Shown: in pieces, positions 33,297-44,743 of the stretch | Layout: every line of letters starts with the position of its first letter | Numbering within the stretch: the stretch's first letter is position 1 | DNA from: Emiliania huxleyi CCMP1516 | Lineage: Eukaryota | Length of the DNA: 64,000 nucleotides | Assembly: GCF_000372725.1 (NCBI RefSeq) | Contig: NW_005202427.1 | Span: forward strand, 124,001-188,000 | Reading direction: 5' to 3' | Position numbers and translations under genes: made by a program | The notes under the pieces: model-generated | What the model was told of the DNA's origin: nothing | The model's database searches: none | The model's input: the letters and a program-made list of their open reading frames with translations, nothing else

Positions 33297-34505
33297 ATGA
33301 TGCTGCGGCGTTTGTCCGCACTGCTCCACCTCGCGATGCGATTCATGAAGGGGGAATGTGAAGCGACCCTGGAGATGGCGGGATGCCTGCTCACAGCGGA
33401 CGGAGGCTCGGTCAACAGCTCCTGCGCGATCCAAGCGCCAGCCATGCGCGCCGACGATTTTGTGACTGCAAGCGGAGCCAGCCTTGAGAGGATGGACTAT
33501 GCCAATTCACTCAAGCGCACCGAAATGGAGGAACGCTTCGCAGCCGTCGAGCACCGGCTCTCCGCCCTCGAAGCACAGCTCGCGTCGGGCGCGGTGATTG
33601 CAACTCCTCAGGGAGTCGGGCACGGTTTTGCTGGCGGGCATGGCGGCAGCCGCGGTGTTGGTGGAAGCACGTACAGTGGCGCGCGCAAGACTGCTGATAC
33701 GCGTGGGCTGGTCTACGCATTCATCGCGTTCGACCAGACCGGATTCGGCCGTGTGCAGGCCATTCTGGCGCAACGTGCGGCACGGTACGGCTGGCGGACG
33801 TTCGGCGGGGGGCCGTGCCATCCCGAGACGCGAGGTCGGACGGACGCCGACGGCTCGTGCCATTCTGTCGCGAACGGTGATGTCGTCGCCCTGTTCGCAT
33901 CGACTCACGATGGCGCCACGCCTTCGATTCAGTACTGCGAACGAGTGCCGCGTCCTTGCCGCTACATCACCTTGCTGCGGCACCCAATTAGCCGGCTGCT
34001 GTCGAGCTACAGCTACTTTTGCGAGGGATGCGCTGAGGGGGGGCGACAATGTCGAGGATGGCAGGACCCAGAGCGGCTGAGATGCCCAAACATGACTCGG
34101 ACCGCGTACGCTGCTTACTTTGGCGACGTGTATACGCAAACATTTGCGCCGAAAGGTCTCCGAATGCTCGGTCCCGAGTACAGCGGCTTGCGCTCTCCGG
34201 TCGACCTCGCCGACTATTTCCTCCGATCCGTCTTTGTGATGCTGTACGAGGTGGATTTCAAGGCCGAGCGTCCGTTGGCGCGGTTTGCCGCGTGGACGGG
34301 TGATCGCTGGCTGGCGACGCAAGTCAGCGACGAGGCGTACCGGGAAGACGGAGGGGGTGCGACCCTGCCGGAGGGCGAGAGCGCAGCGATCAGGAAGATG
34401 CTGCGAAACGACCTCGAGCTGTGGACCCGTGTCTCGTCCCGCGCCACGCTGCCGCCCGCGGGGACCGCGGAGGGAGTGGCGCGATCTCGCGAAGCCATTT
34501 CTTAG
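33297..34505 (+). CDS. Sulfotransferase-family (Sulfotransfer_2-like) protein
   Basis: 3'-PB motif YITLLRHPISRLLSSYSY, C-terminal LRNDLELW, N-terminal hydrophobic and coiled-coil segments. The 5'-PSB loop is degenerate (FDQTGFG). Confidence 0.65.
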   Translation: MMLRRLSALLHLAMRFMKGECEATLEMAGCLLTADGGSVNSSCAIQAPAMRADDFVTASGASLERMDYANSLKRTEMEERFAAVEHRLSALEAQLASGAVIATPQGVGHGFAGGHGGSRGVGGSTYSGARKTADTRGLVYAFIAFDQTGFGRVQAILAQRAARYGWRTFGGGPCHPETRGRTDADGSCHSVANGDVVALFASTHDGATPSIQYCERVPRPCRYITLLRHPISRLLSSYSYFCEGCAEGGRQCRGWQDPERLRCPNMTRTAYAAYFGDVYTQTFAPKGLRMLGPEYSGLRSPVDLADYFLRSVFVMLYEVDFKAERPLARFAAWTGDRWLATQVSDEAYREDGGGATLPEGESAAIRKMLRNDLELWTRVSSRATLPPAGTAEGVARSREAIS

Positions 34506-35049
34506 GTACCCAGTGCGCGCCAGTCCCGTGCCTCGCTCGTGTTGTGAGAGGGGGAGAAGAAACAAAAATGACACACACACACAGCCCAGCACAAAAAAGA
34601 AAGAACAGACACCCCAAGGGAGGGATGGGAGGAATGCACGCCGCCACCACACAGGGATTTTAAGGAGAGGGGTGTGATGCGCTAGCCGTCGCCCACCCTT
34701 GGGAGAGAAGCTAGCGAGGCGAATGACATATTCGACACCCTCGACGACCATCTCGGCTACGGTTTTCCGACTCCGGCTTCGGCTGGTAGTCGACAAGCTG
34801 CCGAGCCCAAATCACTGTGTGTGCCACATTTCTTGTTGGCTTCTAAAAATCTCTCTCTCTCTCCCTTGGGCGTCCGCCTCTCCTCTCTTCGCAGTCTCTC
34901 GCCGATTCTCGCTGCAACCTTCATGCCACCTCGCGGTCGTCCCACTCTCGTCGTTCTCTCGTAACAACCAGCACCAACGAGGCAAACAAATCTCTCTCCT
35001 CTCTAAGGAAGAAAGAAAACAGACAACCCAAACGAGGGATAGGGGAGGA

Positions 35050-35106
35050 GGACAGGGTCCCCACCTGCACGAGCAGGATTTTGGAAGGACGATCAGGGGG
35101 ACAGGT
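35050..35106 (-). repeat. Dispersed repeat, probable retroposon 3' end (family F)
   Basis: GGACAGGGTCCCCACCTGCRCGAGCAGGAT...AAGGACGATCAGGG also occurs at 44483-44540, where it lies near an (AAAT)n tract at ~44436-44453. Confidence 0.6.
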
Positions 35107-35677
35107 GGGGCTCTCCTGCTCCTGACAAGGGACACGACAGGCTCGCCAGCGCGGTGCACGGTGGAATCCCAACTCCACTGGCGGTCTCATCTCAGTCTAG
35201 CGACCTGCCTCCAGCTTCTCGCTGGCAGTCTCTCGCTACCACAGGCACACTGACACAGGGGTGGCAGGGGCGGCGGCAGCCGAGTCACCCACATACATAC
35301 TATGCGGGCCTCCCTCACTAGAGGTGCGGCCTGCGCGTGTCCTCGCCCTTGGGAAGGTCTTGAGGGGGAAGGGGAAGGCGCTGTGTGTCTGTGCATGCAT
35401 GCCCATGCATGCATGCTACCCAACGCGGCCAAAGGATATCCACCTCGAGAACCTCGAGAGATGCATGCATGTGTGAATACCCCCATCCCAGGGCCTCCAG
35501 GGCTCGCACCTCAACCTCTCACAGACCAGCGCACAGCGCCACGCGCCGTATTTTCTTCTCAATAACAAGGCTGTATGTATGTATGTAGGAAGGTGAAGAA
35601 CAGTCAGGCTCGGACTGGACACCAACCCGGTATGGGTGTGAAGTGTGTCTCTCTATCTACCGCGCACTTATTCTGCC

Positions 35678-37513
35678 ATGCTCGCCACACTTCGGCTTCT
35701 CGCGGCGGCGACCGCGGCCTTCTCGCCAACGTACACGCCTCGCGCACGCCCGACGATGATGGCCGCCACGCTCACCGAGCAGCTCATGGCGAAGCTGCCA
35801 CCCAACGTGCAGACGGGTGGTGCGGGCGGCGCCACCACGTATGACGCGCTGCTCCGGCTCGACGACGCCTGGAGCAGGCTGCGCGCCGGTGAGCTTCCGC
35901 CGGCCAAGCAGGTCGTCTTCGACGAGCCCACCGCAGCTGTGGAGACGGCAGAGTACGATCTCGTCGTTGCTGGCGGCAACATCGGCATCCTGCTCGCCAC
36001 CGCGCTTGTGCTGCGCGGGCTGCGGGTGGCGGTGCTCGAGGGCGGTGATCTGCGCGGGCGCGAGCAGGACTGGAACGCGTCGCGCAAGGAGGTGATGGAG
36101 CTCGTGGAGGCGGGCGTGCTCTCGCTCGAGGAGCTCGACGAGGTCATCGGCATCGAGTTCAACCCCGTGCGCTGCGGCTTCCAGGGCGGCGCCGACGTGT
36201 GGCTCAACGACGTGCTCAACGTGGGCGTCCGGCCAGAGGCGCTTGTCCGGTGCGCGCGCGCGCGCTTCGAGGCGGCCGGCGGAGTCGTGCTCGAGAGGAC
36301 GCCCCTTTCGACGGTGCGCGTGCGGCCCGGCGCGGCGGTGCTCACCGCCGCCGACGGGCGCGAGGTGCGCGCGCGGCTCCTGATCGACTGCATGGGGCAG
36401 CGATCGCCGATCGTCGCGCAGGTGCGCGGCGGCGCGCCGCCCGACGGGGTGTGCGTGGTCGTCGGCTCGTGCGCAGACGGCTACCCAAAAGAGTTGAACA
36501 CGTTTGGAGACGTCATCTTCGCGGACACGCTCACCGAGCCCGCGGCGGGCGGCGCCGGCTGCCCAACACAGTACTTCTGGGAGGCGTTCCCGGCGAGCGC
36601 GAGCGCGACCCAGCGCACGACGTACCTCTTCACCTACATGGGGCTCGAGCCGGAGAGGCCGTCGGTGATGGACATCATGGAGGACTACTGGAGGCTGCTT
36701 CCACGCTACCAGGGCGTCGACCTCGACGACCTCACGCCGGAGCGAGTGCTGTTTGGGCTCTTCACCTCGTACAAGGACTCGCCGCTGCCCGTCCAGTTCG
36801 ACCGCGTCATGCAGATCGGCGACGCGGGCGGGCTGCAGAGCCCGCTCTCTTTCGGCGGATTTGGGGCTATCACGAGGCACATCGGACGGCTCTCTGACGC
36901 CGTGGAGAGCGCTCTCGCCGCCGACGCGCTCTCGTGCGGCCAGCTGGGCCTGATCAACCCGTACCAGGCCAACTTGCGCGCCGCGTGGCTCTTCCAGGCG
37001 TCGATGCGCCCGCCGGTGCAGCAGGGCGCGTGGTCCGCCGACTTCATCTCGAAGGTCCTCGTCGCGACGTTCGAGGTGATGGAGGCGCGCGGGGAGGCGG
37101 TGATGCTCCCCTTCCTCCAGGACACGCTGCGCGTCGACGGCCTCGCGCTCACAATCGGCGGGCTGATGCTCTCGGCGCCACTGACCGCGGTCGAGATCCT
37201 TATCCGCCTCGGACCCGTCCCCCTCGCCGACTGGTTCGTCCACTTCGCCGCGATGGTCCTCGGCTCCGCCCTCGGCTCGGAGCAGAGCCGCGCGCTCGCC
37301 AAGGCTGCCGCGCCGCTGCTGCCGCCAGAGACACGATTCGAGCTCGATCGCGTTGTCGAGGGCTGGCAGTTTGGCAGCGGCTTGGACTACTCGCCGCCGC
37401 TCGCGCCCACACCCATGGATGCGGAGGCACTCGCAACGGCCAAGCGCGCGGCAGCGGCAGCGCGCGCCCACACGCCTAGAGGCGGACTCGCCGCGGCGGC
37501 GGCCGTGTTGTAA
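35678..37513 (+). CDS. cruP: CruP (CruA/CruP lycopene cyclase family) FAD-dependent protein, plastid-targeted
   Basis: YDLVVAGGNIGI...LRGREQDWNASRKE, EFNPVRCGF, LNVGVRP, QYFWEAFP, RTTYLFTY and IGDAGGLQSPLSFGGFG. Signal peptide ending AAF followed by a transit-like peptide. Confidence 0.85.
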   Translation: MLATLRLLAAATAAFSPTYTPRARPTMMAATLTEQLMAKLPPNVQTGGAGGATTYDALLRLDDAWSRLRAGELPPAKQVVFDEPTAAVETAEYDLVVAGGNIGILLATALVLRGLRVAVLEGGDLRGREQDWNASRKEVMELVEAGVLSLEELDEVIGIEFNPVRCGFQGGADVWLNDVLNVGVRPEALVRCARARFEAAGGVVLERTPLSTVRVRPGAAVLTAADGREVRARLLIDCMGQRSPIVAQVRGGAPPDGVCVVVGSCADGYPKELNTFGDVIFADTLTEPAAGGAGCPTQYFWEAFPASASATQRTTYLFTYMGLEPERPSVMDIMEDYWRLLPRYQGVDLDDLTPERVLFGLFTSYKDSPLPVQFDRVMQIGDAGGLQSPLSFGGFGAITRHIGRLSDAVESALAADALSCGQLGLINPYQANLRAAWLFQASMRPPVQQGAWSADFISKVLVATFEVMEARGEAVMLPFLQDTLRVDGLALTIGGLMLSAPLTAVEILIRLGPVPLADWFVHFAAMVLGSALGSEQSRALAKAAAPLLPPETRFELDRVVEGWQFGSGLDYSPPLAPTPMDAEALATAKRAAAAARAHTPRGGLAAAAAVL

Positions 37514-37828
37514 GAGGTCTTCGAGATCGTGAGTACGTGTATCACCATCACGTGTTGATTATGAGGTCTTGTGAGCAAGTCCTCCGTGTCTAGCGAGGTC
37601 TGAACGACAGGAACAGTTTTTTAGCTCTGAACAACAACAAGGCCGACGCCACACCCTGCACGCGCCACATATCCATGATGGCCACGCATCCCACTTCCCG
37701 CACACATGGCCACACATGGCACAAGATGGACATGGACATGGAAGTGTGTCGTGTGATGGGTTTCGTGTTCGGTGAACGGTGTGAGCGTCCCCTCTTGGTC
37801 CTCAGCCTATCCCTCCGCCGCGACGAGC

Positions 37829-39334
37829 TCAGAACGGCCACGGCACGCGGTTCTGAATCCTAGCGATGGCGCCCTTGGCCGTGTCTACGGTCGAGAACCA
37901 CTGCGGCGCCGTCTGGCCGAGCAGCGCCAGCAGCTCCCGCAGCTCCTCTGTCGAGATATTTGCGGATGCGAAGCGATAGCGCAAGCGGTCCAGCAGCTGC
38001 GCCATCGGCAGAGCGCTTGCGGCGCACTCCGAGCCGCGCTCGCGGTGGAGGGCGGCACGCACGGCGAGCGCGATGTTGGGAAGTTGCCGCTGGAGGTTGG
38101 CGTGTCGCACCGCCGGCGCGGCTGCCGCGGCGCTCTTCTTCGCCGCCTCGCGCAGCATGATCTTCTCGACGAGCGCCGCCGAGAGGCCTGCGAGCTTCGG
38201 GTCCGTCGCGGGCTTGCTCGAGCCCACCGCGGCCGCCTCCGCTGCGTCCTGCACCCGAGATGCCTGCGGCGCAGCCGCGTGCTCTTGCGCGGCACCTGGC
38301 TGCGCGACCAGCGCCCCTGCCTCAGGCGGCCGGTGAGGGCGCGCGATCGGCCCGCCTCGGCGAGCCCGCTCTGGGAGCAGCGCCTTCGGCGGAGCGGAAT
38401 CCTGCTCGGCGTGCACGTGCTGCAGCAGCCGCGCGCGCATCTCCGCGCGGCGAGCGCCGAGCCCGGCGGCGGCAGCGGTCGCCGCGGTGCGCGACTGCGC
38501 CGGATTTGAGAGGAGAGCGACCTGCGCTCGTGCGCCCAGGTCGGCGGGCGAGACGGGAGCCGGGGTGCTTCGCGCCGACGGCGAGCAGATGAGCCAGTCT
38601 TGCACCTCGACCGCGCCCGGAATGCGCGGACCTCTCGAAGGCGGCCACACCGCCGTCACGTCGTACGCCTCTGGCCACACGCCCAGGATGGACTGCAGCA
38701 TCTCGGGCGGGAAAGTGCGGCCCGTCGCGCGCTGCAGGTGCGGCTGGAGGGCGGTGAAGAGCGGCTGGTCGCCCCGCTTCCCCTGGAAGAAGAGGAGCGT
38801 GCTCTCGACCGCGATGAAGGCCTCTTCAATCTGCTGCAGGTGCGCCGGGAGACGAGGCGGCGATATGGGACTCGAGCAACGCGCGACGGCAGGCGGGGCG
38901 CGGGCCGTCCGCGGGGTGCGCTCTGCATCGCCGCTCGGCGTGGCGACAGGCGAGTCCGGCTGTGCGGGTATCTGTGCGGGCAGCTTCGACTGCGTGAGGC
39001 CGTGTGCCAGCGACTGCATGACCGGCGTCAACGAAGCTGACCTTGACGCCCTCATGGCGGGTGCCGCAGACCGCCTCGGGGCGCACTGCGCCGGTTTGTC
39101 CGCCTCGCGCTCGCACCCACCCCCGCCCTGCGCCACGTGTGACAGCTCTGCGGAGCCGCTTCTGGCCTCGGCGCGCTCCTCGATCGTGACGAGGCCCATC
39201 TGCGTCGCTGATTGCGGCAGTTGAGCCGCTGCAGGTCTGGCAGCTTTCGCCACGCTCTTGGCACCGTCTCCAGGAGCGATGCCCAACGCACGGCGCTTCC
39301 GGCTACGCAGTCCGAGGTTCTGAAGAGTGCTCAT
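37829..39334 (-). CDS. CDT1: DNA replication licensing factor CDT1
   Basis: Middle domain FIAVESTL...LQRATGRTFPPEMLQSILGVWPEAY, LAGLSAALVEKIMLREA, and C-terminal winged helix LLALLGQTAPQWF. Confidence 0.82.
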   Translation of the reverse strand: MSTLQNLGLRSRKRRALGIAPGDGAKSVAKAARPAAAQLPQSATQMGLVTIEERAEARSGSAELSHVAQGGGGCEREADKPAQCAPRRSAAPAMRASRSASLTPVMQSLAHGLTQSKLPAQIPAQPDSPVATPSGDAERTPRTARAPPAVARCSSPISPPRLPAHLQQIEEAFIAVESTLLFFQGKRGDQPLFTALQPHLQRATGRTFPPEMLQSILGVWPEAYDVTAVWPPSRGPRIPGAVEVQDWLICSPSARSTPAPVSPADLGARAQVALLSNPAQSRTAATAAAAGLGARRAEMRARLLQHVHAEQDSAPPKALLPERARRGGPIARPHRPPEAGALVAQPGAAQEHAAAPQASRVQDAAEAAAVGSSKPATDPKLAGLSAALVEKIMLREAAKKSAAAAAPAVRHANLQRQLPNIALAVRAALHRERGSECAASALPMAQLLDRLRYRFASANISTEELRELLALLGQTAPQWFSTVDTAKGAIARIQNRVPWPF

Positions 39335-39371
39335 CGGAATGTTATATCACGCGGTCTCGCGCCAGAACTGC

Positions 39372-39379
39372 GCGGCAAA
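39372..39379 (-). promoter_or_regulatory. Candidate E2F site upstream of CDT1
   Basis: The minus strand reads TTTGCCGC (consensus TTTSSCGC) ~40 bp upstream of the ATG. A second near-site TTCTGGCGCG lies at 39358-39367. Confidence 0.45.
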
Positions 39380-39638
39380 TTCTGGAATTCTTTTTGAGCT
39401 AGCCTTCGATGTTACGAAACAAACAGGCGGACACACGCATTACACATCGCTCTCGGCCCCCCACAGACATCCCGCACACCCGCCGCCCCCGCGCGCGCCC
39501 CACCCCGGCCGGGAGAAAGCTGAAAGGTGCTCAGTCGGAACACCGGTGTCGAGGTCCGTGGTAGAGCAGGCGGTGCAAGTGGCTGTCGTGCTCTCCTCAA
39601 GCGTGGAGGCAAGCAGAGCGCGGTGGCGCTGCGGCTAA

Positions 39639-40168
39639 TGCTGGGGGATGCAGAAGCAGACGAGAGGGAGAGCGTAGCCAAGACGGTGATCGGTCTCCTG
39701 ACACCGCACAAGGCCGACGACGCTCGTCAGCCTTGGGGCTGCTTCTCGGCCGAGCCCTTCTACGTGCACGGCCTCGAAGAGTGGAACATAGACCTTCCAC
39801 AGCATCGGAACCAGTCCAGAAAGCCCTCAGATCGGAGCGATGTGGCGGAGCTGATGGCGTCCTTCCGCAAGCGTGCGGCGGCGTCTGGCACCGGGATACC
39901 TGAACACAAGCCCGGAGTCCGTGCGTCAGTCGGGATCTCGACGCCGAGCCCCAGAACGAGGCGGTCGGCGCTTCCCTCGCCGCGTCCGAGTGCCATCGAG
40001 CGAGTGGGGAGCGGGGGCGTCGTTCGGAGCCCGCGAGTCAGCCTCGAGCGCGCCAGCTCGGCCTCGGGCCGAGCCGAGCCGTCGCCAAAGCAACCACGCG
40101 ACGCGCGGGCACAGCCCCAGACGCCGGGACAGCGAGCGACGGCGTGGGCCCAGACCGCACCCTGCTGA
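39639..40168 (+). CDS. Hypothetical protein divergent from CDT1 (5' exon unresolved)
   Basis: Open frame with protein-like composition and an SP-rich tail. No recognisable motif. Confidence 0.35.
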
Positions 40169-40743
40169 GAGGGGCGGGGAACCCGCCGGGGTGGACCTGC
40201 CGGTGGGGATAGAAGACAAGAGTGGTAGACGACGGCCTTCCAGATCTCCCCCAGCTGGGACGCCCGGCGCGCTATGGGAGAGAGACATGCGTTTCCGAAT
40301 TCTGCGCTGAATTCTTAGGCGGCTCCCGTGGTGTACCCGTGTTAGTGCCAGTGCGCGCCAGTCCCCTTCGTTGCCAAATTCTTTTTCTTGCACTCGACGT
40401 AAAGGTCTTCTCTTATTCTTTTCTTTTTCTTTAGCGCTTGTCTGTCGTTCTCCACACCGCCGTGGCGTGGCAGACGGTGAACGAGCTAGCGTGCGGGGAC
40501 AGCGGCATTGTGCACGGTGCCAAGTGCATTGCCGCTCTTAACGGAGTCGCTTAGGCGGCTCCGGTGGTGTGCCGGTGATAGTACTAGCACGCGCCAGTTC
40601 GCACCTGTGTCGAGCCTGTCTGCTGTGAGAGAGAGTTCTTTTGTTCAAATCCTTTTTCTTTTTCTTCGTGGAGAAGTCTCTTCGAAGTCTCGTCGAGGAG
40701 CGCCAGAGGAGCGCGTCCACACACACGCATGTACATATACATA

Positions 40744-43484
40744 TGTTGCTTTGCCCGTTCGCTCGTCGTCCCTCCTCGCGCAAGAAGCGCAGCTGGCACT
40801 CGCGCCGATGGGAGATCAACCCGGAGAGGCTCCGGCGCGTCTTCGCCAAGCTTCCGGAGCCAGCCCGGGCCGAGCTGCTCGACCCGGACACGCTCACTCA
40901 GCTCGTTGCTGAAGGAGCTGTGCACGCGGCACTGCTGGGCGGCGGTATGGATGCGGCTGAGGCGGACCGCGTTCTGCGCCGCAAGCTGTCCCCTCCGTTC
41001 CTCGCGGCCGCCCTCGCCTTTTTCCGAGAGGCGCTCGCCGGCGACGAGCGGACACCGCCCGTGCTGCCTCGCGAGCTGGTGTACCACCAAGTGTTGCTGC
41101 CGCTGCCGCCCTCGATGGACCCGCAGAGGCAGGTGGACCCCGACGCGGCAGCACTTGTCACCGTTGCGAGGGCATGCAAGCTTCCGCGCGAGCGCCAGCC
41201 GCGAGAGGCGCGCGACGCGCGGCGGCAGAACCGCGTCTTGCGGCAATGCGATGGGTGCGGAGCATACAAGAGCTCGGTCGAGTTTTACGCCTGCTGCCTG
41301 CACGACGAGCAGCGCGTCTGCCGCGTGTGCATGCTGGCCCGGCCGGCCGAGCCCTTCGGGGAGCACCTGACGGAGGAGCGCCGCACTGCTCCCGTCCTCG
41401 CCCTCGCGTCGGCTCTGCTGGAAGCGCTTGCCGAGCGGGCGGCGCAGGCGGAGAGGCAGCTGTCCAGGGCGCAGGCGGGCGCGGGCGCCGCGTCTGCGCC
41501 TGGGAGCGGGGGGGAGGGGGGCGGCCCCGTGGGCGGCGCGGAGTGTCTGCCCTGCGACGAGCCTCCTCCGCACCGAGCCGCCGCCGCGCCCGGCATGCCT
41601 CGGAGCCGAAGCAAGACTGCCCTCGCTGCCGCCTCGGTGGCAGGCGCGGCTTCGGCGCCACGAGCCGCCGTCGCCGCAGACGCTCCCCTCGACACCCACA
41701 AGGCGGGCTCCGCCGCCTCCGCCGCCGCACCCGCGCGCAACGGAGCGACGCCGGCAGCCGCCGCCGCGACGACGGCGTCCGCGGCTCTCGTGCGTTTCGT
41801 CTCGCTGTTCGGGCGCGTGGGGTGGCGAGGAGCGTCTTTGGCCGCCGCCGGACTCGCCTTCACCTTCACAAAGTACCAGGTGGCCATCGGCGCGACCGCC
41901 TCCGTCGCGGGCGCCCTCCTCCTTCGCTCGACGATGGTGCTTGGTGCCGGGGGCGCATTCGTCCTGGCCCTGTGGCTCTTCCTGACCGTCCTGCTGCCGG
42001 TCGGCGTCGCCCAGCTGCACGCCGTCTTCCCTTCGCTCTTTGGCGCCGTCGCCGGCGACCCGGAGCGCTGGATCTTTGAGCTCCCCATCCCAGAGCAGCT
42101 CGCAGGCAAGCACGCGTTTGGCCGCCGCGCGCGCCGCGCCGCCAAGCGCTCAGCCGCGGCGGCGGCGGCGGCGGCGGCCGCCGCCGCCGCCGAGTGGTCC
42201 TTAGAGGAGGAGCAGAACGACCCCTCCGGCGCGTCGGCCGGGGCACCCACGGCCTCGCTGCCCGACGCCACCGGCGCGGCGGACGTCGGCGCGAAGGAAG
42301 CCCCTCCCTCCTTCTTCGAGCTGACGGCGAACACGCGCGCCGCGCTCGGCGTGGCCGGCGCCGCGCTGCTCCCGTCCATCACTCTGCTCGGCTCGCGAGG
42401 CACGCTGGCCGTCTCGCTCTGGATCGCCGCCGCGATCCTGCTACCGCTTGGGGTGGCGCGACTGCACGCGCTCTGCCCCTCCCTCTTTGGGATGGTGGCG
42501 GGCGACCCCCAGAGGTGGCTGTTTGAGACGTCGGCCAAGTCGATGGAGAAGACGCTGGTAGAGACGCGCGAGGCGATCGGCCGCCGTGCGCGCCGCGCCG
42601 CGAAGCGCGCTGAAGCGGCGGCGGCGGCGGCCGCCGCCGCCGCCGCCGCCGAGTGGAGCGCCGAGGAGCGGACAGACGATGAGTGGTCTGCGGACGATGA
42701 CGACGACGCCCCGCCACCCGTGGCCTGGTGGGAGCCGCGCCGCCCGCCGCCCGCCTCGCACGCCGCGGCGCACGGCGCGAGGGCGACCTCAGCCGGCAGC
42801 CTCCACCGGCGGGCAGCGGCGGCCCCAGAGGTGTCGCTCGAGGGCGCCCCGCCGTCTCCGTTCCGAGGCGAGCCACCGGCGGCCGCCTCGGATTCGCCGC
42901 CCGCGTTTGCTGCGCCCGACGGCATGACGGAGGAGCAACAGCTCGAGTGGGCTGTGCGCGAGTCGCTGCGGCAGGGCGAGTTCGCGGCCGCCCCAGGCGA
43001 GGGCGGAGCCCCACGCGAGGGCGGAGCCAGCGACGGGGCGGCGAGCGGGGCGGTGGCGGCGGCGCCCTCTGTGAGCTCCGGCGGAGGCGGAGGCGGCGCT
43101 GCCAAGGCGAGGGAGGGCGACCCGGCCTCGGAAGGCGGTGACAGCGCAAAGGTCCAGATGTTGCAGGGCCAAGTCGCCTCTCTGCTCGAGGTCGTGGCGA
43201 GGCTCGAGGCCAAGGTCGAGGTCCTCAGCGGCGCAGACGGCCCGCGCGGTGAGGCGCAGCCGGCGCAGGCCTCACAACAGCCGCCGGTTGCCTCGGCTCC
43301 AGCGCCACCGGCGCCGCCGCCGCCGCCAGCACTGCCGCAAGGCGAGGACGCGAGCGCGTCCGTGGCTGCGCCCGCGCCATCGGCCACGCCCGTCTCCGAG
43401 GCGCCCCCATCGCCCGAACCACCGAGCAGCTACGCGGTGCACGGCGACGACGACTCGGGGTTCGAGAGCGAGAGCCAGGCCTGA
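40744..43484 (+). CDS. Hypothetical membrane protein with Cys/His cluster, duplicated hydrophobic unit and UIM
   Basis: Long ORF with CDGC...CCLH...CRVC, two copies of LLP.GVA.LHA..PSLFG.VAGDP.RW.FE, and UIM-like MTEEQQLEWAVRESLR. Start codon uncertain. Confidence 0.65.
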
Positions 43485-43879
43485 CTGGAGGCCTGATGGT
43501 GTGTGTGTTGCGGATCATGGTGTGTGCGGATCATGCTTCATGCGGCCGGTGAGCGCTGTGTGGCGCTTTCCCTCTTGGACGTGTGCCTCTAGTAGCAAGA
43601 GACGAACGCCACCACCCTCGCCCAGGGATTTACAACGCTGTCTTAAGGTCCGACCTGTGGGCTCTGCCTGCGCTCGGCACCGGGCACCGCCTCGGTATAC
43701 AAAATGCCCCTGAGGCACTTGGAGCACTTGGAGTGCGGTCAGTAACCTCACGCCCAGGACCGGGGAGCTGAGAAGCGCACCCAGTTGGCCGGACGCTCGG
43801 GATCGGGCTCGTACGGGCTAGAGAGAGCCCTGACCCCTAGCTAGGGGGGTTGCGCGGTCGCAGGGCCATAACACGGGTC

Positions 43880-44401
43880 TCCGAGGGATAGTACCGCGCT
43901 CCGGGTTTCCCCTAGCAGCAGAACGCACCCTCTACTCGGAGCTAAAGAATACTCTCCGAGGGTTCCGTGTACCAGGTTTTCTCTGGTAGGACGGGAACGA
44001 GATGATAGTAGGGAGTAGAAGAAAGCAGAAACTGCGGCCGCCAGCGACAGAGCGTCTCGCTGGCGGACGGCGAGAGGAACACAAAGGGACGTCCGGACGT
44101 CCATCCACTGAATACTGGAGATCTGAGGTCGAATCTACCGATTCTACAGCCGCCCACAGGAGCGCCGCCTCAACACGGGGTCTCGGCTCTACCGAGCCAT
44201 GCTAGCTCCAGCCGCAGCCCCACCCGGCCGCCCGAGGGTGTTCCCGCAGGCAGAGAAGACCAATCCTGGGGGAAGTAACCTCCCCTTAACTGCAGAACGC
44301 CCCCTCTACTCGGAGCTAGTGATTCGAGAATACTCTCCGAGGGTTGGCTCCGCGCTCCAGGTTCCCCCTAGCAGCAGACCGCCCCCTCTACTCGGAGCTA
44401 G
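43880..44401 (+). repeat. Cluster of imperfect direct repeats
   Basis: GCAGAACGCMCCCTCTACTCGGAGCTA at ~43918, 44292 and 44374. GAATACTCTCCGAGGGTT occurs twice. Confidence 0.7.
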
Positions 44402-44743
44402 TGGACGCGGACACGACACCTAGTGATGATAGCTGAATAAATAAATAAATAAAACGGGCACGCCAAACGAGGGGTGGGAGACGGACAGGGTCCCCACCTG
44501 CGCGAGCAGGATCTTGTAAGGACGATCAGGGACACAGGGGAAGGGGAGCGGGGAGCGCATCGCGACACGGAGGGGGGCTGGGGCCTGGGCAGGGTTCACC
44601 CACACGACAGGGTCCCAGGGATTCCATGATAGCACAGGCTGAATTTATTTCAGGGGAACGAATTCTCGCGGCTCCACGGCGCCCGGCCCCGCGGCCCCAC
44701 AGCTTCGGCTCAACTGGCGCAAGAATTCGGCCTTTTCTCTGGC

